Source of the DNA: Candidatus Methanophagales archaeon
GTDB lineage: Archaea; Halobacteriota; Syntropharchaeia; Alkanophagales; Methanospirareceae
Direction: 5' to 3'
DNA: 64,000 nucleotides
Assembly (NCBI GenBank): GCA_030602585.1
Contig: JAUVZJ010000002.1
Location: forward strand, 3,262-67,261
Shown: piece after piece, positions 28,889-38,437 of the stretch
How the letters are laid out: each line of letters starts with the position of its first letter
Position numbering within the stretch: the stretch's first letter is position 1
The notes under the pieces: generated by a model
Told to the model about the DNA's origin: nothing
Databases searched by the model: none
Seen by the model: only the letters and a program-made list of their open reading frames with translations
Made by a program: the position numbers and the translations under genes

Positions 28889-29643
28889 GCATCAAATAGA
28901 ATCATGAGAATGAGAGAAGGCGAAATAATGTGGACTTTGTTCTCGCTTTCGTTTTTTATTCCAAGCTTTAAAGAAGGCATTTTACCCGCATAACAGCGGG
29001 CTTCTAAGGCTCGCTCCATATTTTGTGCTTTCTCAAGTGACCTTACGAGCATAGCGGAAAGAAGAAGGCTTAAAGATTTTATCCTGTTCCCCCGTAAATA
29101 ACCCAAACGTGCATCTTGTGCTTTCTTCGTGCTTTCCATCTCTTCTATCAGCACAAAAATTAATTTATATACCATAAAAGAAAGTTCCACTACTATCTCT
29201 GGCATCCGGAACTTCTTCATCGTATCCAACATTTCCGCTATTGGCGTGGTCATAATCAGGAAAAAGAGGCATGAAATCCCGGTCATTGACCTCATCATCA
29301 ATAAAGCACCTAATTCCAAACCTTCTCTCATCATGGCTAAATGCATCCCTATTATGGAAAAGGTAAGCACTGGCTCGGAGCCCCGTAAAAAAGCTAAAAC
29401 TAATATAGAAGGTAGTAAAAAGGTTAAGGGTATCGTCATTAGTTCCAAATAGTGTTTGATTCTTACACCACTCCAGATAGTTATGCAGGACATTGTGAAG
29501 AGGATGAGAAGCAATAGAAAGAGCGACTGGGTATAGACTGCAATAATAAGCGTAAAGATAGAGAAAAATATTTTATCGCCAGTTCTTATGTTTACAAGCT
29601 TATTTGAGACGGTGTAGCCCTCTAAGGTATGATGTAGAGACAT
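28849..29643 (-). CDS. cbiQ: Cobalt ECF transporter T component
   Basis: A polytopic membrane protein with the ARxxG-like motif (AQDARLGYLRG), sitting between cbiN and cbiO. Confidence 0.75.
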   Translation of the reverse strand: MSLHHTLEGYTVSNKLVNIRTGDKIFFSIFTLIIAVYTQSLFLLLLILFTMSCITIWSGVRIKHYLELMTIPLTFLLPSILVLAFLRGSEPVLTFSIIGMHLAMMREGLELGALLMMRSMTGISCLFFLIMTTPIAEMLDTMKKFRMPEIVVELSFMVYKLIFVLIEEMESTKKAQDARLGYLRGNRIKSLSLLLSAMLVRSLEKAQNMERALEARCYAGKMPSLKLGIKNESENKVHIISPSLILMILFDACLLVMAVGGSVI

Positions 29644-29931
29644 TTATTTCTCACTCTCTTTTCTGCCCTTCAACAATCCGAAATAGTAGCCTATTATTAG
29701 CGAACCGATAGCTGCTTGAAGAGCAAAGAGGAGAGATTCAATTTCTCCACTCGGCGGCTCCCAGATAGGATTCACCCAGGGCTCGTAGTCTAAACTTTGC
29801 GCTATCAGCTCCATTCCTTGACCATCTGCGCCACCCCACTCTGCTTTTGGAATTGCTGTCGTCAGAGCAAGCAAAGAGAAGAAAGAAAACGCAAGCACGA
29901 CTGCAAGGATTGTTGTGACCTCAAACTTCAC
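29644..29931 (-). CDS. cbiN: Cobalt transport protein CbiN
   Basis: 95 aa with two TM segments and the EWGGADGQG motif. Confidence 0.8.
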   Translation of the reverse strand: MKFEVTTILAVVLAFSFFSLLALTTAIPKAEWGGADGQGMELIAQSLDYEPWVNPIWEPPSGEIESLLFALQAAIGSLIIGYYFGLLKGRKESEK

Positions 29932-30595
29932 TTCCGCTCACCCCCTTCGGTTGCCACGTCTCCACTGCCACTCCGTGTTCTTGTAAAAGCCTCAACACCA
30001 ATGCCACCGTTATGCCCTCTACAATGGCAAGCGGGACCTGCGTGACTGCAAATATGCCAAAGAAAGCTTCAAAAGAGAGTAAGATACCCCCTTTCGTTGC
30101 AGGAAACGCCGCCGCCAACTGCCCGGCGGTAACCACATAAGTCACTAAGTCGGCAAAGAAAGCCGCTACAAATCCCGAAGTCAGAAGTCCCGCTTTCATT
30201 TTTCTCACTACTATATAAGCCAGCCAGCCAATAACCGGTCCTACTATGCCCATTGAGACCGTGTTTGCACCCAACGTTGTTATCCCTCCATGTGCTAATA
30301 ACAGTGCCTGGAAGAGCAACACAATGATTGATAAGAAAGCGGTAATGCTCGGTCCAAACAATACCACTCCCAAGCCTGTTCCAGTGGGGTGAGAGCAACT
30401 CCCGGTGACCGAAGGCAGTTTCAGAGCGGAGAGTACGAAAATGAAAGCTGCAGTGACAGCCAATAATGGCATTACTCCCTGTCCCCTTTCCCGCAACTTC
30501 TTTGCTCTGTAAATTCCGTAAGCCACTATCGGAACAGCAATTGCATACCACACCACACACCACTCAAGCGGCAAAAAGCCCTCTGCTATATGCAT
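29921..30595 (-). CDS. cbiM: Cobalt transport protein CbiM
   Basis: The MHIAEGFLP N-terminus is the hallmark of CbiM/NikM. It is a polytopic membrane protein. Confidence 0.85.
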   Translation of the reverse strand: MHIAEGFLPLEWCVVWYAIAVPIVAYGIYRAKKLRERGQGVMPLLAVTAAFIFVLSALKLPSVTGSCSHPTGTGLGVVLFGPSITAFLSIIVLLFQALLLAHGGITTLGANTVSMGIVGPVIGWLAYIVVRKMKAGLLTSGFVAAFFADLVTYVVTAGQLAAAFPATKGGILLSFEAFFGIFAVTQVPLAIVEGITVALVLRLLQEHGVAVETWQPKGVSGSEV

Positions 30596-30693
30596 GTTTT
30601 GTTACATCCGTAAGTTTTATGAAAGGGTGCCTATTTAAAAGTTCTGTTTTGGGTAATAACTGTTATCCGAATGGGTAGCTATTTCGTTTACCT

Positions 30694-33600
30694 TTATTCC
30701 TGATTTTTTCTACCCCCGAGCTTGTAGCCTGCATAGATGACTAAGAGAATAACTATAACTGCTATGAGCCCCACCAGAGGAGTTGCAGAAATAGGAAATC
30801 CTTCTTCTACCTCTACTTCTTCCATCACTTTACCTACTTTTACTACTTCTTCCGCTCCCACACCGCCCTTTCCAGTTGCTGACAACATTTCTTTATTATA
30901 CTTCACCACTGTTCCAGTGCTTATTACTCCCGGAGCTGAAAGTATACCTGCAATATATTCACGTAAAAGAGGATTCCCGCAAGTATGATGGCAGCAAGTC
31001 ACACCATGCTCAGCAACGGATTCGGCATATTCTTTAGCAAGCTCCTTAAGAACCTCTTCAGAAGGATGCCAGTATCCTTTTCTTGACACCTCAAGCATTC
31101 TCGCAGTAATTGATTGGTAGGCATAAGGATTTTCTTCAAAAAATTCCTTCAGCCCAAGATCGTATTTGTCCATAACATAGACCTCGTAAGTTTCATTCCA
31201 CATCCTTTCAGTGATAAGTTCAGGCACAGTTACATCCCATCCCCACTGGTGCTCTACGAATTTTGCCATCTCTCTCGCTCCTGCATACCCCTCCTCCTTC
31301 ATCCCTTTTATCCACTTCGGACTGAAATATCTCGCTCTTTGCTCCCTTGTGAGATAGTTGCTCAGTTCTTCGATTTTTTCTTCTCCGGGATTCCTCTGAT
31401 TGCTTATATAAAGGTCGGGTGCTTCTCCTTTTGTGTTTCTTACTGCTAAAGCTAACCCTCCCAGATATTGGAAATAATCATCGTTGTCCATCACTCCATG
31501 CAGATTAGAGCTTTGACTATGTAATGCAACGTCCACTCTTTTCAGATTCTCCTCAAATACTCCTGCATGCTGATTGCCCCACGTATCCACTCCATATACG
31601 TGGCTCATTCTTTTAATGTAAAGATTGGCAAGTTTTGTCTCGTTTTCCCACGTATTACTGGCACCCACGGCATCATCTAAGTTCGTTCCGTATGCCCCGG
31701 GTAATTCTGAAAATATCCTTGCCTTTGAGAGATTAGTTGCCACAGATTCGTTATATCCTTCTTTTAGAAGACTTGTATAAATGTAAAAAGTGTTTTCTCT
31801 TGCATAGTTCCTGAATTCTTCTTCTGTTACGTTAGAAACAAGCTTAACCGCCTTGTCAATGAGTTTTACCTTATCCGGGAACGTATCTCTATAAAGTCCT
31901 GAAGTGGTAACTAAAACGTCTATCCTTGGTCTCCCAAGCTCCTCAGAATTGATGAGTTCGATGTCCACTACTTTATCTCTCCCGTCCCACACCGGCTTTG
32001 CTCCTAATAAGTATAAAATCTCTGACTCCGTTATTCCTTGATGTCTCATTGTTTCTACTGACCAGAGCACGAAAGCAACTTTATTTGGATATGCCCCCTT
32101 CTTTTCCTGATGTTCGGCTATTAGCTGGTCTGCGAGTTCTTTTCCTATTTTCCATGCTTCTTTTGTGGGAACGATTTTGGAATCAAAGGAATAGAAATTG
32201 TTTCCCGTAGGAATAGCCTCCGGACTTCTAATTGGGTCATTTCCCATTTTTGGTGGGACATATCTTCCTTCTAAGCCCTCTAATACTCTGGGAATCTCAA
32301 TATCGCAGCCCGCAATATTCTCGCTATATTTCTGCGCGAGTTCAAGATCTGTTGTTATGTTGTCTGACATTGTGCCTAAGAGTTTATACTGGGCTTCCTC
32401 AATGGGAGTATTGTTAATAATAACCTCTTCCAGGAGTTCATCGAGCATTGTTTTATTACCTTCAAGAAGGACAAAATGATCAATATCATAAACTGCCCTG
32501 ACATGTTCTTCATATTCTGCTCCCAGCATTGACTTTACCATCTTAATCAGTCTTTCTCCTTCAGGAGGCTGACTCAAGGTGTGCAAGCCATAAGGTATGT
32601 ATTCAGAAGAGAGTTCGTGAAGATACTGATGCACTTTTCCTCTCATCACCAGCTCCTCAAACTCTTCTAACTTCACTTCTCTTAGCTCCTCTGCTGAGAA
32701 GTTAATGTCTTCATCAATTCCCATCCCTTCACAGAGGTCCAATATTGATTGCCTGTACTCTTCCTTAAGACGAGGTTCTGTCGTATCCATGTAAAGATGC
32801 ATCTTTTGATGAAGCTCAGAGAGGTTTCCATATAATCCCGAGCTTTCGATCGGTGGTGTTAGATAATCTACTATAACAGCATTTCCTCTTCTCTTTGCTT
32901 GTGTCCCTTCACCAACGTTATCCATCTCATAGGGATAAATGACTGGCATATCCTGTATTAAAATAACAGGCCAGCAGCTTTCTATTGATAATCCACTCTC
33001 TTTACCTGGGAGCCACTCTTGTGATCCATGCTTTCCGAAGTGTATAATTGCATCTGCCTTATACTCTCGGTTAAGCCAGAAGTAGAAAGCTATGTATTGA
33101 TGGTGAGGAACTAATTCTTTATCATGGTATAGAGCCGTGTTATTCTGCAGTTTCCCCCTTGTTGGTTGAGGAGCAAGTATCATATCCCCTAATTTTATTA
33201 CCGGGAATACAAAATACTTCCCTGTCGTGTTTTCATACACCATCAAATCTCCAGGAGGATTGCCCCATTTCTCTATTACTTTCTCTCTACCCTCTTTCGG
33301 AAGCCCTTTAAACCACTCCGAGTATTTACTCACCGGGAATAAGACCACAGATTCGTTCTCTGCCATTTTTTTGAGTTCACCGGGAGCCCAACTGCCTATA
33401 TTCCTACCTTGACGAATCATTAAATTAATGATCTCTGTTTCGTTAGGAACTTCTCCTCCCACCCTGTAACCTTCTTTTTTCATCGCACCAAGAAGCTTTT
33501 CCAAACTTGGTGCTATATTCAGATAACATGCACCAAAATTGTCTTTCCCGCCTCCGTGATTGTAGTATATAACCGCTATTCTTTTCTCAGGATTATCTTT

Positions 33601-34677
33601 GTTCCTGAGTTCAATCCAGGAAATGGTTCTGTTTACTACCCATTTTATCTGGTCTGGAATGGGATTATAATACCAGTAGCCAGTTACCGGGTCAATTGAC
33701 TTCCCTCCAATTACTACATGCTCTATTGTTCCATCTAACTCCGGCTGAGCTATTTGCCATGGAATTCCTATCCATGAAACCCCTTGCTCACTTTCCCTCC
33801 ATTCTGTCTCATTTTCGGAAGAAAGTTGTACCAAATTCATAACTGGGACGTCAATCCTTTCCAAATCCTTTAACCCTTCTTCAGGAGACTGATAACATAT
33901 TCTAAAAGCTTTCATGGAAAGGATGATATCCGGTTTTGCTTCTTCAAGGAGGAAAGGATTCGTTTTTTGATACGCCGCAATCACATTTATTCCCCTCTCT
34001 TCGAGAGACTCGATAAGTTCATTAATAACTTTTAAATCACCGGTTGCATAATACGACTTATAAAACAATATTCCAGCGGTAGGCTTGCCTAGGTCAGGCT
34101 CATACCATTCTAAATACGTATCTAAACTTTCAAAAAGCTTCTTCGCTTCCGGATGGTATATCGCATCTTCTGGCAAAATCATCGGTGTTTTCACTTCGAG
34201 TTTCATCTCGCAGAACTTAACAGCCAAATAAACCAAAAGCCTTTTTGCGTTCTCCGTTCCGCCATTTCCCAAGTATTTCTCAATCCAGGGATACTCACTC
34301 ACATTCACATTTCCTAAATCAGTCTCTCCAGAGTGTATGACAATTATTTTCGCTCCCGCTTCCTTTGCTTCTCTTATCCTGTTCTCTACTTCCATTCGGG
34401 ACTTCGACTCCAACATCTGCAGTAAAATAATATCGTATCCCCTTAAACTCGCTGGTATTCTTGAGATTTCTTTAGTTGTGTAGGTAGTAACATTAAAACC
34501 TAACTCCTCAGCAGCATCCGCGATTAGACCTTTATAGCCAGCAGAACCCACAATAAAACATATATCGCATTTACTATCCTTTCCCTGAGTGGATAATACG
34601 CTTTGAAAAATAGGGCTGCATAGAAACATGCACAAGATGAAAACTGTTAACACCCTAACTATTTTCATTTTTGTCAT
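30694..34677 (-). CDS. cobN: CobN/Mg-chelatase H-family protein, exported (N-terminal signal/TM) with a C-terminal membrane anchor. The start was placed at an internal Met; the ORF extends to 34701.
   Basis: About 1330 aa. The CobN hallmark IHFGKHGSQEWLPGKESG is present. A hydrophobic N-terminus (IVRVLTVFILCMFLCSPIF) and C-terminal TM (GLIAVIVILLVIYAGYKLGG) are also present. It lies adjacent to cbiMNQO and exbBD. Confidence 0.75.
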   Translation of the reverse strand: MTKMKIVRVLTVFILCMFLCSPIFQSVLSTQGKDSKCDICFIVGSAGYKGLIADAAEELGFNVTTYTTKEISRIPASLRGYDIILLQMLESKSRMEVENRIREAKEAGAKIIVIHSGETDLGNVNVSEYPWIEKYLGNGGTENAKRLLVYLAVKFCEMKLEVKTPMILPEDAIYHPEAKKLFESLDTYLEWYEPDLGKPTAGILFYKSYYATGDLKVINELIESLEERGINVIAAYQKTNPFLLEEAKPDIILSMKAFRICYQSPEEGLKDLERIDVPVMNLVQLSSENETEWRESEQGVSWIGIPWQIAQPELDGTIEHVVIGGKSIDPVTGYWYYNPIPDQIKWVVNRTISWIELRNKDNPEKRIAVIYYNHGGGKDNFGACYLNIAPSLEKLLGAMKKEGYRVGGEVPNETEIINLMIRQGRNIGSWAPGELKKMAENESVVLFPVSKYSEWFKGLPKEGREKVIEKWGNPPGDLMVYENTTGKYFVFPVIKLGDMILAPQPTRGKLQNNTALYHDKELVPHHQYIAFYFWLNREYKADAIIHFGKHGSQEWLPGKESGLSIESCWPVILIQDMPVIYPYEMDNVGEGTQAKRRGNAVIVDYLTPPIESSGLYGNLSELHQKMHLYMDTTEPRLKEEYRQSILDLCEGMGIDEDINFSAEELREVKLEEFEELVMRGKVHQYLHELSSEYIPYGLHTLSQPPEGERLIKMVKSMLGAEYEEHVRAVYDIDHFVLLEGNKTMLDELLEEVIINNTPIEEAQYKLLGTMSDNITTDLELAQKYSENIAGCDIEIPRVLEGLEGRYVPPKMGNDPIRSPEAIPTGNNFYSFDSKIVPTKEAWKIGKELADQLIAEHQEKKGAYPNKVAFVLWSVETMRHQGITESEILYLLGAKPVWDGRDKVVDIELINSEELGRPRIDVLVTTSGLYRDTFPDKVKLIDKAVKLVSNVTEEEFRNYARENTFYIYTSLLKEGYNESVATNLSKARIFSELPGAYGTNLDDAVGASNTWENETKLANLYIKRMSHVYGVDTWGNQHAGVFEENLKRVDVALHSQSSNLHGVMDNDDYFQYLGGLALAVRNTKGEAPDLYISNQRNPGEEKIEELSNYLTREQRARYFSPKWIKGMKEEGYAGAREMAKFVEHQWGWDVTVPELITERMWNETYEVYVMDKYDLGLKEFFEENPYAYQSITARMLEVSRKGYWHPSEEVLKELAKEYAESVAEHGVTCCHHTCGNPLLREYIAGILSAPGVISTGTVVKYNKEMLSATGKGGVGAEEVVKVGKVMEEVEVEEGFPISATPLVGLIAVIVILLVIYAGYKLGGRKNQE

Positions 34678-35026
34678 CCCTCTCCAAATCCACGGGGACA
34701 TAAATTATCTCGCCGGTTTCTAATTTATAAGCAGTTCCGAGTATTTTTCCTTTCCCTCCCGCGGTTTTGTTAGTCATTTCCAGATGTTTTATCTCTTTTC
34801 CTTCTTTAATGATAATCTCCATGTCTTCTTCACCGGGATTCTTGATAATGGTCACATTTGATTCCTCAGAAAGAAGCTCTGGTAGGTGTGAGGAGAAAGC
34901 AAAGGCAATAAGCAATATTACCGCAAAAGCCATTGCTACGTCGAATAGATTAGCTAATCCACTCATAGGGTCTTCATTATCTCCGATAATATCTCTATAC
35001 CTCCTTCTTCTTGACATATTCATCAC
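34655..35026 (-). CDS. exbD: ExbD/TolR-family biopolymer transport protein
   Basis: 123 aa. It has a single N-terminal TM segment following GLANLFDVAMAFAVILLIAF, then a periplasmic-type domain. Confidence 0.6.
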   Translation of the reverse strand: MMNMSRRRRYRDIIGDNEDPMSGLANLFDVAMAFAVILLIAFAFSSHLPELLSEESNVTIIKNPGEEDMEIIIKEGKEIKHLEMTNKTAGGKGKILGTAYKLETGEIIYVPVDLERDDKNENS

Positions 35027-35639
35027 CTCCTAAAACTTCCACTACATATTCCATATCACTTAAGTCTTGAGAATACCATCTCTTTTTGATCGTCACCATA
35101 ACGTAGTTTATTCCTCCGATAAGTAAACCCAGGACGGTGGTGCTGAATACAACAATCATATTTGTAGCCATTTCACTTATGTTTCCCGAAGCCAAATTCA
35201 TTAACGCTGGACCCATGGGTATTAACGTCCCCATTAGCCCTAACATCGGTCCTACCCTGATTAATATCCTTTCCTTCTCGGTTCTTTCCCATATGGCTAT
35301 CTCATACTCTTGTAGAAGCTTTTCAGCCTCTGTTTTGAAATTCCTCCTTCCAATAAATTCAGAAAGTTCGTTAATAAATTTAGAGAGCAAATAACTTGAA
35401 CCACTACTCATTACGGTTTCGGAAGCTTTTTCTATTTCGCCTCCTACTAAAAACTTTTTCGCCTCCCCACAGCCTATTCTAAGCCTTTTTAGATTGCGAT
35501 TCCTGGAAGTATATTCGGAGAAGAATGCACCTATTTCTGCAAAGGAATAGACTAAAAGCAGAAGAAGCCCTACTATCACGGGATACAATAGCGCCAGGGT
35601 TACCGTGTAAAGAGTAGTTAACAGTGTCTCAGAGACCAT
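34995..35639 (-). CDS. exbB: MotA/TolQ/ExbB-family proton channel
   Basis: The conserved C-terminal channel helices are present: RVGPMLGLMGTLIPMGPALMNLASGN...VFSTTVLGLLIGGINYV. Confidence 0.65.
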   Translation of the reverse strand: MVSETLLTTLYTVTLALLYPVIVGLLLLLVYSFAEIGAFFSEYTSRNRNLKRLRIGCGEAKKFLVGGEIEKASETVMSSGSSYLLSKFINELSEFIGRRNFKTEAEKLLQEYEIAIWERTEKERILIRVGPMLGLMGTLIPMGPALMNLASGNISEMATNMIVVFSTTVLGLLIGGINYVMVTIKKRWYSQDLSDMEYVVEVLGGDEYVKKKEV

Positions 35640-35640
35640 C

Positions 35641-36348
35641 TCATCTATTCACCTCCTTTATCCTATGTCTTAAGAAACCAACGAAAAAGAGGAAAAGAGT
35701 GAAAAGAGTGAAAAGAACCAAATTGTCTAAAGGCATGGGAATGCTTAAAGGTGCTATTTCCATATCACTCGCCCGGATATACGCTGGTATGAGTATAACA
35801 GATAGAAGATAAAAACTTCCAATGAATATCATTATATTTCCAAGGTTAACAGGGCTTTTCTTAAACTTTCTGGAAAGCAAAGAAGTTATCAAGATTGTTA
35901 TAAAAAAGATAAAACCAACAGAAGTTCCAATTGCAAAACTGCTCAAGTCAGTATAAGCTGCTAAAGCGGTGCAGGAGATAAAAATGGCAGTCAGGCAGAT
36001 AGGACAAGGGATAGAAAGTAGCAGGAAGGAGCGCCTGGAGATATCTCGCCTTTTTGAATTCCATTCCTTCACCGTGTGTATACCTGCCGCCAGCATAGCT
36101 ATGGAAAGCAGTGTAAAAAAGATAACATAAACAGTGGTAACGCCTCTGCTAAGAATCAACTGTCCAACCCTAATCGGGACCAATTCCAGTAATTGATTGA
36201 CTGCAATTGAAAGGAGAAGATATACACTACCCACATATACAATTTCCTTCCTCTTTAAACTCGCTAATCCACACCCTATCCCCGCTTTTGCCGCAAGAAC
36301 AAAAATGCTCAAAAAAACAGCAATAAAAAGTCCTGGTATCAGATTCAT
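35641..36348 (-). CDS. Polytopic membrane protein of unknown function, co-directional with exbBD
   Basis: 235 aa with at least 6 hydrophobic helices and no recognisable motif. Confidence 0.4.
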   Translation of the reverse strand: MNLIPGLFIAVFLSIFVLAAKAGIGCGLASLKRKEIVYVGSVYLLLSIAVNQLLELVPIRVGQLILSRGVTTVYVIFFTLLSIAMLAAGIHTVKEWNSKRRDISRRSFLLLSIPCPICLTAIFISCTALAAYTDLSSFAIGTSVGFIFFITILITSLLSRKFKKSPVNLGNIMIFIGSFYLLSVILIPAYIRASDMEIAPLSIPMPLDNLVLFTLFTLFLFFVGFLRHRIKEVNR

Positions 36349-37046
36349 TTAGTTACATTCGCCTCCCTCGTAAATGCCTTCTCGCTCAACCCATATTCAG
36401 AAATATCAAGTAGCCAACTTCCGTCCTTTAATTTCTTATCCGATTTTATTATCTCCACTCTTCTCTGGAATAAAGGACCATCAACTACAAAAGTGTGATA
36501 TTCGCCATGTTCACCGCAGGGATGAATTTCTTCTGGCAACTCATTAATGAATTTCTCGTTTAATTCCCTACCTACCCACTCTTTACCAAACAAATCAGCT
36601 TTAACTTTTATAACTATCGCTTTAAATCCCGTGTTCACAAATTCTTTCAGAATTTCCCGCGGGTCATTTCCCCATAACGGTTCTATTGACGCCACTTCTA
36701 CTTCTGTGCAAACCCTATCCACCCATTCCTTGTGTTCTTGCAGGTCCATATCACCAAAGACACCACCTTTCACTCCCTTCTTTTTTAATTCTCCCACTGC
36801 TTCCTTAAATTTTGCTTCGTAGCCCCCCCACGAGCTCTTAACTTGAATTATGGGTATTCCTATTGCCTTTGCCTGTAAGGCTATCAAATCAGAGCTGATT
36901 CCATGAGCCCTTGACCTCGTTCCGTCCTCGGATACGAAATTGAGAAGATAAGAAACGTCAAAGCCGTTTGATAATGCTTTATAGCAGGCAAGGCAACTTT
37001 CCTTTCCACCACTCCAGGAAGCGAAAACCTTCTTCTTTTCTTTCAT
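36345..37046 (-). CDS. dph6: PP-loop ATP pyrophosphatase of the MJ0570/Dph6 family (diphthine-ammonia ligase)
   Basis: The N-terminal ASWSGGKESC PP-loop (SGGxDS) is present. Length is about 230 aa, typical of the archaeal stand-alone enzyme. Confidence 0.6.
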   Translation of the reverse strand: MKEKKKVFASWSGGKESCLACYKALSNGFDVSYLLNFVSEDGTRSRAHGISSDLIALQAKAIGIPIIQVKSSWGGYEAKFKEAVGELKKKGVKGGVFGDMDLQEHKEWVDRVCTEVEVASIEPLWGNDPREILKEFVNTGFKAIVIKVKADLFGKEWVGRELNEKFINELPEEIHPCGEHGEYHTFVVDGPLFQRRVEIIKSDKKLKDGSWLLDISEYGLSEKAFTREANVTK

Positions 37047-37175
37047 TTCATCTCAGCTCTGAAGTGCAAAATTTGTCTTTAAATAACCTTTGTTTTGGCT
37101 AACAATTATAACCCAAATGGGTAATAAAGGGCATCCTTTAACTCAAAACTCTTTCTAAACGGATTTAATTGTAAT

Positions 37176-38435
37176 TCAACAAAAATCCACAAGCCTCTTC
37201 TGTCTTAACATCACACTTCGCGCCTCAAAATCTTTTAGCCCTAACTTTCCTTCATGTTTTGACTGCAATCCCGAATTTATATACTCTAAAGCCTCCTTTT
37301 GGGTCTCGAACTTCTCACAGCCCTTTCTAAAAGCATCCCTTACCGTCTCTCTAACGAGCCAAACACCCAGAGGAATGAAATAGCGAGGGTGTATTTCTCT
37401 GAACACAACTACGCCTGCCTGTCGCTTCATCTTGTGCAACGCCTCCGCAACCGCCAGTCTTGCCGCATAATAGCCCCCGCCTTCCTCAGCAGCATACCTT
37501 TTCCTGCCTTTGAATCCCTCATATTCCTCCAATACCACGGGTCTCTGACCCAACGCATCGTTCCAAACAGAACCCGGAAACCACGCCTCGAAGTTCTCAT
37601 ACTCAAATAACGACGGCATCAGTAATATCTGGAAGTGATTGTCCATATACGACGATTCATATACATAAAAGGAGTCAACAGGCGGGTATTCCTTCACCTG
37701 TGATGCCAGCCGTCTAAATATGATGTCATCGGTTGCGGTGATGCTCCATCTTGTCGGAACCATTTTTTTATCACTGTTCAATCCTAACGCACCTGATGAC
37801 AATATCACCGATACCTTATAAACATCCAATCCGAGGTCGTAAAGCGCTTTAGCGGCTTCCTCTGCTCTTAGCTCATCAGAAACGATGCTTTCCACTTTCT
37901 TTGGTATCTTCGGATTCTCTGTGACTTTCATCTTTTCCACATTCACACTGGCTCCCATCGGCTGAATTATATCGGAAAAAGAAATCTTAAACGATAGTTT
38001 ATTCTCAAAAGAGAGCTCAACCTCTGTCGGATGCTCCGCCATTGCTATTTCGCTCATGTCAGAAAGAAACTTAGACCGCGAGGTTATATTTTCACTCTTT
38101 TTCGCTCGTAACATGGAACTTCTCATCCCTATTATTTCTTCCATATCAAGACCTTGGGCAAACCACTCGCTTGGCTCTTCCATTCTTCCGGGTTCGACAC
38201 CAAGCTCCTCTCCTTCTATTACCGTCATCGGTCCCACTCCTACTCTGGGATAACCCCTTCTTCCGACGAAAACGGAAGTTGAAGGACCAAAGAAATCCTT
38301 TGTATTCGTTATCTTATCAAACTCAGACCGTTTATTCAAAGCTGCGAGTAAGGGACATGTATTTCTTCCACATAACAACCTCGACCCTTTGCAAACAATA
38401 CACAATCTCGGCATTGACATTGGCGTGCATACCAC
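37176..38435 (-). CDS. nreA: NreA-like DNA repair protein (Nre_N/Nre_C family)
   Basis: An N-terminal C4 zinc knuckle (LCIVCKGSRLLCGRNTCPLL) is the hallmark of the archaeal Nre family. Length is about 420 aa. Confidence 0.55.
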   Translation of the reverse strand: MVCTPMSMPRLCIVCKGSRLLCGRNTCPLLAALNKRSEFDKITNTKDFFGPSTSVFVGRRGYPRVGVGPMTVIEGEELGVEPGRMEEPSEWFAQGLDMEEIIGMRSSMLRAKKSENITSRSKFLSDMSEIAMAEHPTEVELSFENKLSFKISFSDIIQPMGASVNVEKMKVTENPKIPKKVESIVSDELRAEEAAKALYDLGLDVYKVSVILSSGALGLNSDKKMVPTRWSITATDDIIFRRLASQVKEYPPVDSFYVYESSYMDNHFQILLMPSLFEYENFEAWFPGSVWNDALGQRPVVLEEYEGFKGRKRYAAEEGGGYYAARLAVAEALHKMKRQAGVVVFREIHPRYFIPLGVWLVRETVRDAFRKGCEKFETQKEALEYINSGLQSKHEGKLGLKDFEARSVMLRQKRLVDFC

Positions 38436-38437
38436 CC

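Noticed and set aside
34678-34701. First 8 codons of the cobN-like ORF (MSPWIWRG) overlapping exbD
   Set aside because: This is probably an ORF-finder extension. The hydrophobic signal-like segment begins right after the internal Met, so the start was placed there.
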